Assembly: GCF_057098645.1 (NCBI RefSeq) | Contig: NZ_CM169472.1 | Strand: one strand, 5' to 3' | Length of the DNA: 64,000 nucleotides | In this document: positions 20,178 to 34,665 of the stretch, piece after piece | How the letters are laid out: every line of letters begins with the position of its first letter | Numbering within the stretch: the first letter of the stretch is position 1 | Notes under the pieces: model-generated | The model's input: the letters and a program-made list of their open reading frames with translations, nothing else | The model's database searches: none | What the model was told of the DNA's origin: nothing | Translations under genes and position numbers: made by a program

Positions 20178-21614
20178 TCAGCGTTTGTAACCCCCGCCCA
20201 ACGCACCAGTGAGTTGAATGGAGGCATCCAGCCACTGCCCTTGCAATAACAGGCCATTGGCCCGCTCACGCAGCGCGGGGATTCTGGCTTCGCTGACGCG
20301 GGAACCAGCAATGATGCCCGCGTTAAAGCGCGCCTGCGCAAGACCTACCACACGCAAGGCATCGCGCTCAATTTGCGCCTGATGCTGGTTTTTCTCCGCC
20401 AGTGTCTGAACCTGACTGGCTGCCCGCGCCACGTCATTCACCGCTTCAACCACCGCTTTGTTGTAGCTGGCGATAGACAAGTTGCTTTCGGCTTTTGCGA
20501 TATCGAGATTGGCGTTAAGACGACCACTATCGAAAATGGGTAGCGTCAGGCCTGCCGTAACGCCCATTTGCTGCGCGGAATGACGGAACAGATCGCTTAA
20601 GTGCAACGCATCCTGTTGCAGGAAGGCCATCAGGTTGATGTCAGGATAAAATGCCGCTTTTGCCGCATCAATGGTGCTTAGCGATGACTCAACGTACCAG
20701 TGCGCCGCCTGCAAATCTGCCCGCCGGGCCAGTAAGGAGTACCCCAGTTCATCAGGAAGCTGGCTTGCCACTTTCGGCAACGCGACCGGTTTAAGCTTCA
20801 ATGACTTTGTCTGGTTATTTGTAAGTGCGCTTAACCGTGCCTCAATAATTTTCATTTTCCCCGCGACATCGTTGAGCTGCTGCCGGGTTTTGCTGGCATT
20901 AATATCGGTTTCCACACCTTCAACTGAAGAAGTAATCCCGTTCTGATATAGCTGGCGATCGGTCGCGATAATGGTGTTCTGCTCTTTTTCTATTTGCTGC
21001 AAGACCGTGTTTAACGCCGCCTGGGTTTGCCACTCCCAGTACAGGCGGGCTACGCTGCCAGCCAGCAATTGGCGGGTTTGCTCGCGTTCCGCCGCCCGTG
21101 CTTTAACCGTACCCAAGCGGGCAGTAACCTCCGCCCGATTCTTTCCCCAGATATCGAGATGCCAGCCCGCCGTTAAGCCAAAAGTACCGTTGGTGTACCA
21201 CGGGCCGGTCGTACCTGCGGCCGGATCGTTCAGAGCAAACGGCCCCATTAAGCCTTCTGCCGACATTTTTTGCCGCTCCATATCCGCCGAAAAGTCGATC
21301 TGCGGACCATCCTGAGTGGCAACTGCCTTCGCCTGGGCTTCAGCTAGCTGAATGCGCTGTTCAGCCACCTGCATATCCGGTGCGTTCTGTAGTGCATTGT
21401 TAATTAAGGAAGTGAGTTGATTATCGTGATACTCCAGCCACCATTGGCTGTCTGGCCAACCATTTTTCAGCGCCGTGGGTAATGCGGTGTCAACTTGTGC
21501 AGCGGGCGTTTGCTGGCTTAACGCCTGGCGGGTTTCATGCATAGGCGCACACCCGGCCAGCATCAGTAACAGCGGAAAACAGGCGATGGCTGGATAAAAG
21601 GAATCACGATTCAT
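20178..21614 (-). CDS. mdtQ: Outer-membrane efflux lipoprotein (OMF/TolC-like family), apparently intact
   Basis: Start set at ATG giving MNRDSFYPAIACFPLLLMLAGCAP with lipobox LAGC. 478-aa uninterrupted frame. Confidence 0.8.
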   Translation of the reverse strand: MNRDSFYPAIACFPLLLMLAGCAPMHETRQALSQQTPAAQVDTALPTALKNGWPDSQWWLEYHDNQLTSLINNALQNAPDMQVAEQRIQLAEAQAKAVATQDGPQIDFSADMERQKMSAEGLMGPFALNDPAAGTTGPWYTNGTFGLTAGWHLDIWGKNRAEVTARLGTVKARAAEREQTRQLLAGSVARLYWEWQTQAALNTVLQQIEKEQNTIIATDRQLYQNGITSSVEGVETDINASKTRQQLNDVAGKMKIIEARLSALTNNQTKSLKLKPVALPKVASQLPDELGYSLLARRADLQAAHWYVESSLSTIDAAKAAFYPDINLMAFLQQDALHLSDLFRHSAQQMGVTAGLTLPIFDSGRLNANLDIAKAESNLSIASYNKAVVEAVNDVARAASQVQTLAEKNQHQAQIERDALRVVGLAQARFNAGIIAGSRVSEARIPALRERANGLLLQGQWLDASIQLTGALGGGYKR

Positions 21615-21837
21615 GGGGGAATAATCAGGTAAGAAAAGGTGCGCGGAGATTACCGTGTGTTGCGATATATTTTTTAGTTTCGCGTGGCAATACATCAGTG
21701 GCAATAAAACGACATATCCAGAAAAATATACACTAAGTGAATGATATCTTCCGATTTATCTTAATCGTTTATGGATAACGGCAAAGGGCTTCGTTTTTTC
21801 CTATACTTATTCAGCACTCACAAATAAAGGAACGCCA

Positions 21838-21921
21838 ATGAAAATTATACTCTGGGCTGTATTGATTATTTTCCTGATTGGGCTACTGGTGGTGACTGGC
21901 GTATTTAAGATGATATTTTAA
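21838..21921 (+). CDS. yohP: Small membrane protein YohP (27 aa)
   Basis: ATG preceded by AAAGGAACG. Translation MKIILWAVLIIFLIGLLVVTGVFKMIF is a single transmembrane helix. Confidence 0.55.
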   Translation: MKIILWAVLIIFLIGLLVVTGVFKMIF

Positions 21922-22019
21922 AATTAATTAATGTCATCAGGTCCGAAAATAACGAGAATATTTCAGTCTCTCATCCTGTTGCGCTCCTGTCATGTGCATT
22001 GCTTCATATAATCACTGGC

Positions 22020-22235
22020 GCAAGGAGCGCGCAGGGGGCGGCCAATCGCCGCCGCCCCCTGCACCCCCGGGCTCTGGCGAACAAAATCGCCGCTGCGCGG
22101 TGCCCTCGGCTTATCCCTTACGGCTACCGGGTCGGGCGCGAGGTAACATCCCTGTAAAACGCGCCCTCAGCCCACATCCATGTGGGCTGCCCCGGCCTTC
22201 AGGGAACGCCTCGGCAATTTTGACGCCACCAAACA
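22020..22235. repeat. GC-rich structured intergenic element with multiple perfect hairpins
   Basis: Perfect 11-bp stem cagggggcggc/gccgccccctg (22032..22061) and 10-bp stem cagcccacat/atgtgggctg (22168..22189). Local GC is far above the flanks. The overlapping 86-aa Pro/Arg/Gly-rich ORF is probably not coding. Confidence 0.4.
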
Positions 22236-22293
22236 ACCGTGCGGCCTATTGATAAAGAGCTAACACATTGTCAAAAAACATCACTATGGTTTT

Positions 22294-23241
22294 TTAGAGT
22301 TTCTCGATATCAATTGCCTGAATAGCCCTTGCAATATCAGGGGAATTATTCAACACCCGAACATGCTGAAATAATTCCGTTGCTTCATCGTATTCTTTAC
22401 GCAAATAACTCAACCACTGTTTAATCCGCGCAACGTGATATAACCCGGTATCGCCCTGCTTTTCCAGACGGGTATATTTTTGCAGCAAAGCAACCACCTC
22501 CGGCCACGGCATTCGCGGTTCGTTATATTTTACCACCCGGCTCAGGTTGGGAATATTGAGCGCCCCGCGACCAATCATCACTGCGTCGCAGCCGCTGATC
22601 GCCATGCATTGTTGCGCGCTCTGCCAGTCCCAGATTTCACCGTTGGCAATCACCGGAATATTCAGCCGCTGGCGAATATCGCCAATCGCCTGCCAGTCAA
22701 TATGCTCCGCGCGGTAACCCTGCTCTTTCGTCCGCCCATGCACCACCAGCTCCGTAGCGCCAGCCTGTTGAACCGCATCGGCGATTTCAAATTTCTTCTC
22801 ACCGCTGTCCCAGCCCAGACGCACTTTCACGCTGACGGGCAAATGCGCCGGTACAGCTTCACGCATCGCTTTTGCACCCTGGTAGATGAGTTCAGGATCT
22901 TTGAGTAACGTCGCCCCGCCGCCGCTACCGTTAACCGTTTTCGACGGGCAGCCGCAATTGAGATCCACGCCCCAGGAACCTAACTCCACCGCACGGGCGG
23001 CGTTCTCTGCCAGCCATTGTGGGAACTGACCTAACAACTGCACGCGCACCAGCGTACCAGATGGTGTCCGGCTGGCGTTTTGTAGCTCAGGGCAAATGCG
23101 ATGAAAGACTTTTACCGGCAGCAGTTGATCCACCACGCGGACAAACTCGGTGATGCACAGATCGTAGTCGTTAACTTCGGTCAGCAATTCACGCACCAGA
23201 GAGTCAAGCACTCCCTCCATCGGTGCCAGTAACACACGCAT
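22294..23241 (-). CDS. dusC: tRNA-dihydrouridine(16) synthase
   Basis: TIM-barrel Dus family translation starting [22 protein letters not shown] (315 aa from internal ATG). Confidence 0.9.
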
Positions 23242-23443
23242 ATCATCACCCGCAAAAAAATGAGGCGCTATGTTAGCGCCTATGGTCAGCGGATTAAAGG
23301 TCTGCAAAGAGGGATTGCTGCAAACTGCAATCCCTCTCTATGCTTGATGTATGCCTGAGTTCGCTGCGCATTGCGTAATGCCGGGGAGCGAAAAAATAAG
23401 CGCTGATTTCTTAATGTGATCGGTAGCACGTTTTACGAATTAA

Positions 23444-24570
<1,127 letters not shown>

Positions 24571-24699
24571 AATTTGCGATGCGTCGCGCATTTTTGATGT
24601 ATGTTTCACGCGTTGCATAATTAATGAGATTCAGATCACATATAAAGCCACAACGGGTTCGTAAACTGTTATCCCATTACATGATTATGAGGCAACGCC

Positions 24700-26695
<1,996 letters not shown>

Positions 26696-26888
26696 TATTC
26701 CCCTCTCCAGTTAATTATTGAGAATAATTATTACTTCACCTGATAAGCTGCGGATATCACATTCCTAACCGCAGCTATTTGTGAATCTTTTCACAGTTTA
26801 AATTCCCCCGCACGCTTAGCCTTAATATCAGTACATTATTATTTACTAAACGCTCGCCTTAATTACCTATAGCATTAAGGAAGATCAC

Positions 26889-28127
26889 ATGCCGCAACAA
26901 AATTATCTGGATGAACTCACTCCGGCTTTTACGTCTTTACTGGCGATTAAAGAAGCCTCTCGCTGTTTATTATGTCACGACGCTCCCTGTAGTCAGGCTT
27001 GCCCGGCACAGACCGATCCGGGGAAATTTATTCGCTCAATCTACTTTCGTAATTTTAAAGGCGCTGCCGAGACAATTCGCGAAAATAATGCCCTCGGTGC
27101 CGTTTGTGCCAGAGTGTGCCCGACGGAGAAATTATGCCAAAGCGGTTGTACCCGTGCCGGTGTTGATGCTCCCATTGATATCGGCCGCTTACAGCGTTTT
27201 GTTACTGATTTTGAACAACAAACCGGAATGGAAATTTATCAGCCCGGTACTAAAACGCTCGGCAAAGTCGCGATTATTGGCGCAGGTCCTGCCGGATTGC
27301 AGGCCAGTGTGACACTGACAAACCAGGGTTATGACGTCACGATTTATGAGAAAGAAGCGCACCCCGGTGGCTGGTTGCGTAACGGTATTCCGCAATTCCG
27401 GTTACCGCAATCAGTGCTGGATGCAGAGATCGCCCGTATTGAAAAAATGGGCGTGACCATTAAGTGCAACAACGAAGTCGGTAACACACTCACCCTTGAG
27501 CAGCTGAAAGCAGAAAACCGCGCGGTACTGGTCACCGTGGGGTTATCAAGCGGTTCCGGGCTACCGCTGTTTGAGCATAGTGACGTTGAGATTGCCGTCG
27601 ACTTCTTGCAACGTGCACGACAGGCGCAAGGCGATATCAGCATTCCACAAAGCGCATTAATTATCGGCGGCGGTGATGTCGCGATGGACGTAGCCAGCAC
27701 GCTGAAAGTTCTCGGCTGTCAGGCGGTAACTTGCGTAGCGCGTGAAGAGTTAGATGAGTTTCCGGCAAGCGAAAAAGAGTTTACCAGCGCCCGGGAGCTG
27801 GGCGTTTCGATCATCGATGGATTCACGCCAGTAGCCGTGGAAGGCAATAAAGTCACGTTTAAGCATGTACGGTTATCGGGCGAACTGACGATGGTGGCAG
27901 ATAAAATTATTCTCGCCGTCGGTCAGCATGCCAGACTGGATGCCTTTGCGAAGTTAGAGCCGCAGCGTAACACCATCAAAACACAAAATTATCAGACCCG
28001 CGATCCGCAAGTCTTTGCTGCTGGCGATATTGTTGAGGGTGACAAAACCGTGGTCTATGCCGTGAAAACCGGGAAAGAAGCCGCCGAGGCGATTCATCAC
28101 TATTTAGAGGGAGCTTGCTCATGTTAA
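26889..28127 (+). CDS. preT: NAD-dependent dihydropyrimidine dehydrogenase subunit PreT
   Basis: N-terminal Fe-S cysteine cluster and GAGPAGL dinucleotide-binding motif. Confidence 0.9.
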   Translation: MPQQNYLDELTPAFTSLLAIKEASRCLLCHDAPCSQACPAQTDPGKFIRSIYFRNFKGAAETIRENNALGAVCARVCPTEKLCQSGCTRAGVDAPIDIGRLQRFVTDFEQQTGMEIYQPGTKTLGKVAIIGAGPAGLQASVTLTNQGYDVTIYEKEAHPGGWLRNGIPQFRLPQSVLDAEIARIEKMGVTIKCNNEVGNTLTLEQLKAENRAVLVTVGLSSGSGLPLFEHSDVEIAVDFLQRARQAQGDISIPQSALIIGGGDVAMDVASTLKVLGCQAVTCVAREELDEFPASEKEFTSARELGVSIIDGFTPVAVEGNKVTFKHVRLSGELTMVADKIILAVGQHARLDAFAKLEPQRNTIKTQNYQTRDPQVFAAGDIVEGDKTVVYAVKTGKEAAEAIHHYLEGACSC

Positions 28128-29356
28128 CGAAAGATCTTTCGATTACTTTTTGCGGCGTGAAGTTTCCCAACCCGTTCTGCCTCTCTTCTTCGCCGGTAGG
28201 CAACTGCTATGAGATGTGTGCCAAAGCCTACGACACAGGTTGGGGCGGCGTGGTGTTTAAAACGATCGGCTTTTTTATCGCCAACGAAGTCTCGCCGCGT
28301 TTTGATCATCTGGTGAAAGAAGATACCGGTTTTATCGGCTTCAAAAATATGGAGCAGATTGCTGAACATCCGTTGGAAGAGAATCTGGCCGCCCTGCGTC
28401 GGCTGAAGGAAGATTACCCGGACAAAGTATTGATCGCTTCGATCATGGGGGAAAATGAGCAGCAATGGGAGGAGCTGGCGCGCCTGGTGCAAGAAGCTGG
28501 CGCGGATATGATCGAGTGTAACTTCTCCTGTCCGCAAATGACTTCTCATGCGATGGGTAGCGATGTCGGGCAAAGCCCGGAGCTGGTAGAAAAATATTGT
28601 CGAGCAGTGAAACGGGGTTCCACGCTGCCAATGCTGGCGAAGATGACGCCGAATATCGGTGATATGTGCGAAGTGGCGCTGGCGGCGAAGCGCGGCGGCG
28701 CAGATGGCATTGCGGCGATTAACACCGTTAAATCCATCACCAATATCGATCTTAATCAGAAAATCGGTATGCCGATCGTTAACGGAAAATCGAGTATTTC
28801 CGGATATTCCGGTAAAGCGGTAAAACCGATCGCCCTGCGCTTCATTCAGCAAATGCGCACCCATCCAGAACTGCGCGATTTCCCAATCAGCGGTATCGGC
28901 GGCATTGAAACCTGGGAGGATGCGGCGGAGTTTTTATTGCTCGGCGCAGCAACGTTACAGGTCACCACCGGCATTATGCAGTACGGCTATCGCATCGTAG
29001 AAGATATGGCGAGCGGGTTGTCGCATTATCTCGCCGATCAGGGATTTGATTCGTTGCAGGAGATGGTAGGTCTGGCGAATAACAATATTGTCCCGGCGGA
29101 AGATTTAGACCGCAGTTATATTGTCTATCCCCGTATCAATCTTGATAAATGTGTTGGCTGTGGACGCTGTTATATTTCCTGTTACGACGGCGGTCACCAG
29201 GCGATGGAATGGAGCGAGAAAACCCGCACACCGCATTGTAATACCGAGAAATGTGTGGGTTGTCTGCTTTGTGGTCACGTCTGCCCGGTGGGTTGTATTG
29301 AGCTCGGGGAAGTGAAGTTTAAGAAAGGCGAGAAAGAACACCCGGTAACGTTGTAA
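28121..29356 (+). CDS. preA: NAD-dependent dihydropyrimidine dehydrogenase subunit PreA
   Basis: Dihydroorotate-dehydrogenase-like TIM barrel plus C-terminal 2x[4Fe-4S] ferredoxin motifs ([23 protein letters not shown]). Start overlaps the preT end. Confidence 0.9.
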   Translation: MLTKDLSITFCGVKFPNPFCLSSSPVGNCYEMCAKAYDTGWGGVVFKTIGFFIANEVSPRFDHLVKEDTGFIGFKNMEQIAEHPLEENLAALRRLKEDYPDKVLIASIMGENEQQWEELARLVQEAGADMIECNFSCPQMTSHAMGSDVGQSPELVEKYCRAVKRGSTLPMLAKMTPNIGDMCEVALAAKRGGADGIAAINTVKSITNIDLNQKIGMPIVNGKSSISGYSGKAVKPIALRFIQQMRTHPELRDFPISGIGGIETWEDAAEFLLLGAATLQVTTGIMQYGYRIVEDMASGLSHYLADQGFDSLQEMVGLANNNIVPAEDLDRSYIVYPRINLDKCVGCGRCYISCYDGGHQAMEWSEKTRTPHCNTEKCVGCLLCGHVCPVGCIELGEVKFKKGEKEHPVTL

Positions 29357-29365
29357 AACCAGAGA

Positions 29366-29560
29366 CGCATCCGGCATTTGGTTCCTGTCGCCGGATGCGG
29401 CTTGAACGCCTTATCCGGCCTACAAAACCATACAAATCAGTATGTTGAGCTCATTGTAGGCCGGATAAAACGCGCCAGCGTTGCATCCGGCATTTGGCTC
29501 CTGTCGCCGGATGCGGCGTGAACGCCTTATCCGGCCTACAAAACCACACAGATCATGATG
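29366..29560. repeat. BIME: cluster of 3-4 REP elements in alternating orientation
   Basis: Repeated gccggatgcggc(g/t)tgaacgccttatccggcctacaaaacc units and an inverted copy, between the convergent preA and mglC. Confidence 0.8.
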
Positions 29561-29598
29561 TTATGTGCGTTTATGACCGAATGCGGACCACAATCATT

Positions 29599-30609
29599 TC
29601 ACTTCTTACGCGCGTACTTCAGTGAATCCAGCGCTACGGCGAAGATAATAATCGCCCCTTTGATGATGTACTGCCAGTATGGGTTTACGCCGATATACGT
29701 CAGGCCATAGTTGATGACGGTAAAAATAATTACCCCGGTCACCACGCCAATCACCGTCCCCACACCGCCGCTGAACGATACACCGCCTACCACGCACGCC
29801 GCGATAGCATCCAGTTCATACATAAAGCCGAGGTTGTTGGTGGCAGAGCCGATACGTCCGGCTTCTAACATCCCGCCAAAGGCATAGAACACGCCAGACA
29901 ACGCGTAGATCATCAGCAGGTTCAGGCCGACGTTGACACCAGATACTTTTGCCGCTTCCGGGTTACCGCCAATGGCAAAAATGTTCTTACCGAAGCGGGT
30001 TTTGTTCCACAACACCCAGACGAACGCCACCGCAATCAACGCGTAGAAGGTGATGTAAGAGAGACGGAAACTCCCCAGCGCGACAAAGCCCTGAGCAAAG
30101 GTAGAGAAGCCACTGTCAAAACCAGAAATTGGCGACGCCCCGACAAAGTCGTAATAGAGCGAGTTGATGCCATAGACGATGATCATCGTGCCGAGCGTGG
30201 TAATGAACGGCGTCACGTTGAGATAAGCGATAATCAGACCGTTGATCAAACCGATCACCGCACCAATGGCACAGACAATCAGAATAACCAGCGCAATCGG
30301 CATCGTCGCCATTTCCGGGAACACTTTGTTGGCGTTATCCATGGACTGCAATAACGTCGCCGCTACTACTGCCGCCAGCCCCACCTGGCGACCTGCAGAA
30401 AGGTCGGTCCCCTGGGTGACAATTAACCCTGCCACGCCGAGCGCGATAATAATACGCACCGATGACTGGGTGAGAATATTACTTAAGTTCAACAGACTTA
30501 AAAATGTTGGGTCCTGGAAAATAATAATCGCCAGCAAAACTAAAAGAACGACGTAAATACCGCCCTCTTTCAGGTAAGTAAGAAAACTTTTCTTATTTAA
30601 CGCACTCAT
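29599..30609 (-). CDS. mglC: Galactose/methyl-galactoside ABC transporter permease
   Basis: 336-aa polytopic permease, last gene of mglBAC. Confidence 0.9.
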   Translation of the reverse strand: MSALNKKSFLTYLKEGGIYVVLLVLLAIIIFQDPTFLSLLNLSNILTQSSVRIIIALGVAGLIVTQGTDLSAGRQVGLAAVVAATLLQSMDNANKVFPEMATMPIALVILIVCAIGAVIGLINGLIIAYLNVTPFITTLGTMIIVYGINSLYYDFVGASPISGFDSGFSTFAQGFVALGSFRLSYITFYALIAVAFVWVLWNKTRFGKNIFAIGGNPEAAKVSGVNVGLNLLMIYALSGVFYAFGGMLEAGRIGSATNNLGFMYELDAIAACVVGGVSFSGGVGTVIGVVTGVIIFTVINYGLTYIGVNPYWQYIIKGAIIIFAVALDSLKYARKK

Positions 30610-30624
30610 GGGAAGCCCCTAATC

Positions 30625-32145
30625 TTAAAGGTGCAAAGACGCAAGACGCAGAATTTCGTTTTGCGTTGTTGTTTTTGTATCGACAATTCCGGAAACGAGA
30701 CCATTGCTCATGACCAGAATACGGTCTGTTATCCCTAACAACTCAGGCATTTCAGAGGAGATAATAATAATCCCCTTGCCTTTCTTCGCCAGTTCGGCAA
30801 TTAACTGATAGATCTCAAACTTCGCCCCGACATCAATACCGCGCGTCGGTTCATCGAGCATTAATATTTCTGGTTGCGTTAGTAGCCAGCGACCAATAAT
30901 CACCTTTTGCTGATTACCACCGGAGAGCGAACCAATTTGCGTCCGATGACCCGGCGTTTTTACCCGCATCGAATCAATCACCCACTGGGTATCGCTTTTC
31001 ATCCGCGAGTTATCCAGTAAACCAACTTTATTTTTGTAGTTGCGAATATTGGAAATTAACGAGTTAAAACCGATATCCAGATAGGCATAAATTCCCGTTG
31101 AGCGGCGCTCCTCAGTTACCAGTGCAAATCCGTGGTTTATGGCTTCGTTGGCATTATGGTTATTGATCTTTTTGCCGTGCAACGTAATTGTGCCAGCCGA
31201 TTTCTCGCGAATACCAAATAACGTCTCAACAATATCGGTACGTTTCGCCCCCACCAGACCGGCAATACCGAGGATCTCCCCTTTATGCAGATCAAACGAG
31301 ACATCGCGAATCGACGGCTGGCGCAGTGACGTCAGGTTACGCACCTCGAGGATGACTTCGCCCGGCTTGTTTTCTTTGTCAGGAAAACGCTGGTTAAGAG
31401 AACGCCCAACCATCATGGCGATAATCTTGTCCATCGTCAGCCCTGCCAGCGGTTCGGTGGCGATCCACTGACCGTCGCGCAATACGGTAACTTCATCACA
31501 TAACTGGAAGATTTCTTCCATTTTATGCGAGATATAAACAATACCGCAGCCGCGCTCTTTTAATTTACGAATAATAGTGAACAGATGATTGACCTCTTTT
31601 TCGGTTAACGAAGAAGTCGGTTCATCCATAATCACAATTTTCGCGTTATAGGAAAACGCTTTGGCGATTTCGATCATCTGCATTTGCGAAACAGATAATG
31701 TGCCGACGCGCGCACGCGGATCGATATCAATATCCAGTTCATCAAAAATCGCTTTGGTTTCGCGGTACATTTTGTCCTGGTCGACAAACATGCCTTTGGT
31801 GGGGTATCGCCCAAGCCACATGTTGTCCATCACCGAACGTTGTAATACCAGGTTTAACTCCTGGTGTACCATCGAAATACCATTTTCCAGTGCTTCTTTG
31901 GCCGAATGGAAATCGATCTCTTTACCCTGGAATAAAATGGTGCCGGAGTCTTTTTGATAAATACCAAACAGGCATTTTAATAATGTTGATTTTCCTGCGC
32001 CGTTTTCCCCCATTAATGCATGGATAGAATGTGGCCGGACTTTTAAATTAACGTTATCAAGTGCCTTAACACCAGGAAAAGACTTGTTGATACCGCTCAT
32101 TTCCAACAAGTATTCCCCGGAAGACGGAGTCGTTGAGCTGACCAT
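30625..32145 (-). CDS. mglA: Galactose/methyl-galactoside ABC transporter ATP-binding protein
   Basis: Duplicated ABC ATPase with Walker [13 protein letters not shown] and two ABC signatures. Confidence 0.92.
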   Translation of the reverse strand: MVSSTTPSSGEYLLEMSGINKSFPGVKALDNVNLKVRPHSIHALMGENGAGKSTLLKCLFGIYQKDSGTILFQGKEIDFHSAKEALENGISMVHQELNLVLQRSVMDNMWLGRYPTKGMFVDQDKMYRETKAIFDELDIDIDPRARVGTLSVSQMQMIEIAKAFSYNAKIVIMDEPTSSLTEKEVNHLFTIIRKLKERGCGIVYISHKMEEIFQLCDEVTVLRDGQWIATEPLAGLTMDKIIAMMVGRSLNQRFPDKENKPGEVILEVRNLTSLRQPSIRDVSFDLHKGEILGIAGLVGAKRTDIVETLFGIREKSAGTITLHGKKINNHNANEAINHGFALVTEERRSTGIYAYLDIGFNSLISNIRNYKNKVGLLDNSRMKSDTQWVIDSMRVKTPGHRTQIGSLSGGNQQKVIIGRWLLTQPEILMLDEPTRGIDVGAKFEIYQLIAELAKKGKGIIIISSEMPELLGITDRILVMSNGLVSGIVDTKTTTQNEILRLASLHL

Positions 32146-32205
32146 ATAATTTTACCTTGTTGGCCATACAATAAGGGCGCAGTAATAGACTGCGCCCAAT
32201 CAGTC

Positions 32206-33204
32206 TTATTTCTTGCTAAATTCAGCCAGGTTGTCTTTATCTACGCCAACATAAGGTACGCGGACCACTTTGTTGTCGATTTTCCAGTTGGTGCCATCAG
32301 CCGCACCTTTACCATCGGCCAAGTTTTTCGCCAGATCAAAGGTCGCTTTCGCCTGGTTGTTAGCATCGTTCAGTACGGTGCCCGCCAGTGCACCGGATTT
32401 CACCAGCGCCAGCGCTTCTGGCAGAGCATCGACGCCAAACACCGGAATGCTGGACTTGTTGTGTGCTTTCAGTGCTTCTACCGCGCCCATTGCCATCGCA
32501 TCGTTGTTGGCGATAACCACTTCGATTTTGTTGGCGTTCGGGCCAGACAGCCAGGCGTCCATCTTATCTTTCGCCTGAGCGGTATCCCACATAGCGGTAT
32601 CTAACTGTAACTGTTCAGTTTTGATGCCTTTATCGTTCAATTCTTTAATCACGTAAGTGGTACGTGCTTCTGCATCCGGATGGCCCGGTTCACCTTTCAG
32701 CAGTACGAACTGAATCTGACCGTCTTTGTTCAGATCCCAACCCTGATTCGCCGCCCAGTGTTTAGCAATCAAATCGCCCTGAATAATGCCGGACTCTTTG
32801 GAGTCAGTGCCAACGTAGTAGGCTTTGTCGTAGCTATCCAGCGCCTTACGAGACGGTTCTTTGTTGAAGAAAACCACCGGCACGTTTTGCCCACGCGCTT
32901 TCTCAATCACCGTACCCGCAGCTGCCGGGTCAACCAGGTTGATTGCCAGTGCCTTCACCCCTTTCGCCAGCAATACGTCGATCTGATCGTTCTGCTTGGA
33001 CTGGTCATTCTGAGAATCATTCATCAGCAGCTGAACATCTGGCGCGGCTTTCGCATCTTGCTCAATAGCCTTGCGCACTACAGACATAAAGTTATCGTCG
33101 TACTTATAGATTGTTACACCAATGCGAGTTTCAGCAGCGTGTGCAGCGGCACCGAATAACATGCTGGCCATCACAGCAGACAGGGTTAACACCTTCTTAT
33201 TCAT
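32206..33204 (-). CDS. mglB: D-galactose/D-glucose periplasmic binding protein
   Basis: 332 aa with signal peptide [23 protein letters not shown]. Confidence 0.92.
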   Translation of the reverse strand: MNKKVLTLSAVMASMLFGAAAHAAETRIGVTIYKYDDNFMSVVRKAIEQDAKAAPDVQLLMNDSQNDQSKQNDQIDVLLAKGVKALAINLVDPAAAGTVIEKARGQNVPVVFFNKEPSRKALDSYDKAYYVGTDSKESGIIQGDLIAKHWAANQGWDLNKDGQIQFVLLKGEPGHPDAEARTTYVIKELNDKGIKTEQLQLDTAMWDTAQAKDKMDAWLSGPNANKIEVVIANNDAMAMGAVEALKAHNKSSIPVFGVDALPEALALVKSGALAGTVLNDANNQAKATFDLAKNLADGKGAADGTNWKIDNKVVRVPYVGVDKDNLAEFSKK

Positions 33205-33455
33205 GGTATCTCCGGTTTTTCTTATGCAGGGTAGTGCTTGAGATAAATGCTCGGCGGGGCAGTAGAGTTAATGAAGTGTTACTGAACGCCGAAGCTCACT
33301 TTTTAAAATTCGTTCTTCCATGCCCGGTAACGCTCCAGAAAACGGCTTTAATTGTTGTTGTGACGCTATTACCTCGGTGAAAGTGATTATTCACTGTTAC
33401 ATACGGGTTACAACGTTAAAACGGTGCAATCATAGCTATCACATTGTTAAGATAC

Positions 33456-33471
33456 TGTGAAATCACTCACA
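33456..33471. promoter_or_regulatory. CRP binding site in the mglBAC promoter region
   Basis: TGTGAaatcacTCACA is a near-perfect match to the CRP consensus TGTGA-N6-TCACA, upstream of mglB and abutting a gal-operator-like sequence at the galS 3' end. Confidence 0.55.
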
Positions 33472-33483
33472 GATTGAAAGCGG

Positions 33484-34524
33484 TTACATCGCCTGATTTG
33501 TTGAGTTAGTGATCGCCGCCGCATTCTGGCGTGTTGCGACAGAATGGCGACGCACTAACGTCGGCATAAAACAGTGGCTGGCACGAGGATCAATATTGCC
33601 TGCTGCCCCCTGCAAGGCCAGTTCGGTGGCTAATTTCGCCATTGAAGCAATGGGATAACGCACGGTCGTTAATTGCGGGTCGGTGTAACGGGCGATGGGA
33701 ATATCATCGAAACCGATGATTGAGAGATGTAACGGAATCGCAATGCCATTATCTTTTAATGCTGTCAGTGCGCCAGCAGCCATATTGTCGTTATAAGCAA
33801 ATACAGCGGTAAGTTGTAGATTGCGCCCCAGCAGTTCAACCATCGCCGCCTCACCGCCCGGCATGTCCGGCGTACCAGTGCCAATCCAGCTTTCCGGCGG
33901 AATAATATCCTGCTCTTTCAACGCACTCATCCAGCCTGCTTTACGCATGGCGTCATCTTCAATGCCGTGGCTGGAAGAAAGATAACCAATACGTTGATGA
34001 CCGTTATTCAGCAACATGCGCGTCGCCATTCTGGCACCGCTGAGATTATCCAGGCAAACGCAACGATGGGCGTACCCCGGCACAATGCGGTTGATTAACA
34101 CCATACCGGGAATGTTATCCATAAATTGCGCCAGTTCATCGTCACTCAATGCTTTTGAGTGAACAATCAACGCATTACAACGCTGGCGAATTAACACCTC
34201 AATGGCGTGACGCTCTTTTTCCGCTTCATGATAGCTATTGCCGATTAGCACGTATTTCTGATGCTGCTGAGCGACCAGATCCACCGCTTTTACCAGCGCG
34301 CCGAAAAACGCATCAGAAACGTCCATCACCACCACGCCAATGGTGTCGCTAACCTGAGTTGCCAGCGCCTGGGCATTGGCGTTTGGCCGATAATCCAGCT
34401 CACTCACGGCTTTCATTACTGCTTCACGCGTGTCGGCACTGACCAGCGTGCTGTTATTGAGCACCCGGGAAACCGTTGCCACAGAGACGCCAGCCTGACG
34501 CGCTACATCACGAATGGTGATCAT
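33484..34524 (-). CDS. galS: LacI-family galactose isorepressor
   Basis: N-terminal [26 protein letters not shown] (346 aa from this ATG). Confidence 0.9.
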   Translation of the reverse strand: MITIRDVARQAGVSVATVSRVLNNSTLVSADTREAVMKAVSELDYRPNANAQALATQVSDTIGVVVMDVSDAFFGALVKAVDLVAQQHQKYVLIGNSYHEAEKERHAIEVLIRQRCNALIVHSKALSDDELAQFMDNIPGMVLINRIVPGYAHRCVCLDNLSGARMATRMLLNNGHQRIGYLSSSHGIEDDAMRKAGWMSALKEQDIIPPESWIGTGTPDMPGGEAAMVELLGRNLQLTAVFAYNDNMAAGALTALKDNGIAIPLHLSIIGFDDIPIARYTDPQLTTVRYPIASMAKLATELALQGAAGNIDPRASHCFMPTLVRRHSVATRQNAAAITNSTNQAM

Positions 34525-34665
34525 ATTCACTACCTGTTATGAGATTGCAGTAAATGACTGCTTGCTGGCGGCTATTTTGTCAGCACTGAATACAGGACTT
34601 CGTGAATCGAGTCACAGCAATGGAAACGGTTACAGCCGTTTTGTTAACGAATGTGATCCAGATCG

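Noticed and set aside
21992-22252. 86-aa Pro/Arg/Gly-rich ORF
   Set aside because: Coincides with the GC-rich hairpin element, has no RBS, and the extreme composition fits a non-coding GC-rich repeat better than a protein.
24571-24699. Possible CRP/CytR sites upstream of cdd (tgcgatgcgtcgcgca)
   Set aside because: Only a weak match to TGTGA-N6-TCACA, so I could not place the sites confidently enough to annotate them.
28124-28864. 246-aa ORF on the - strand
   Set aside because: Antisense within preA, whose frame carries clear ferredoxin and TIM-barrel motifs.
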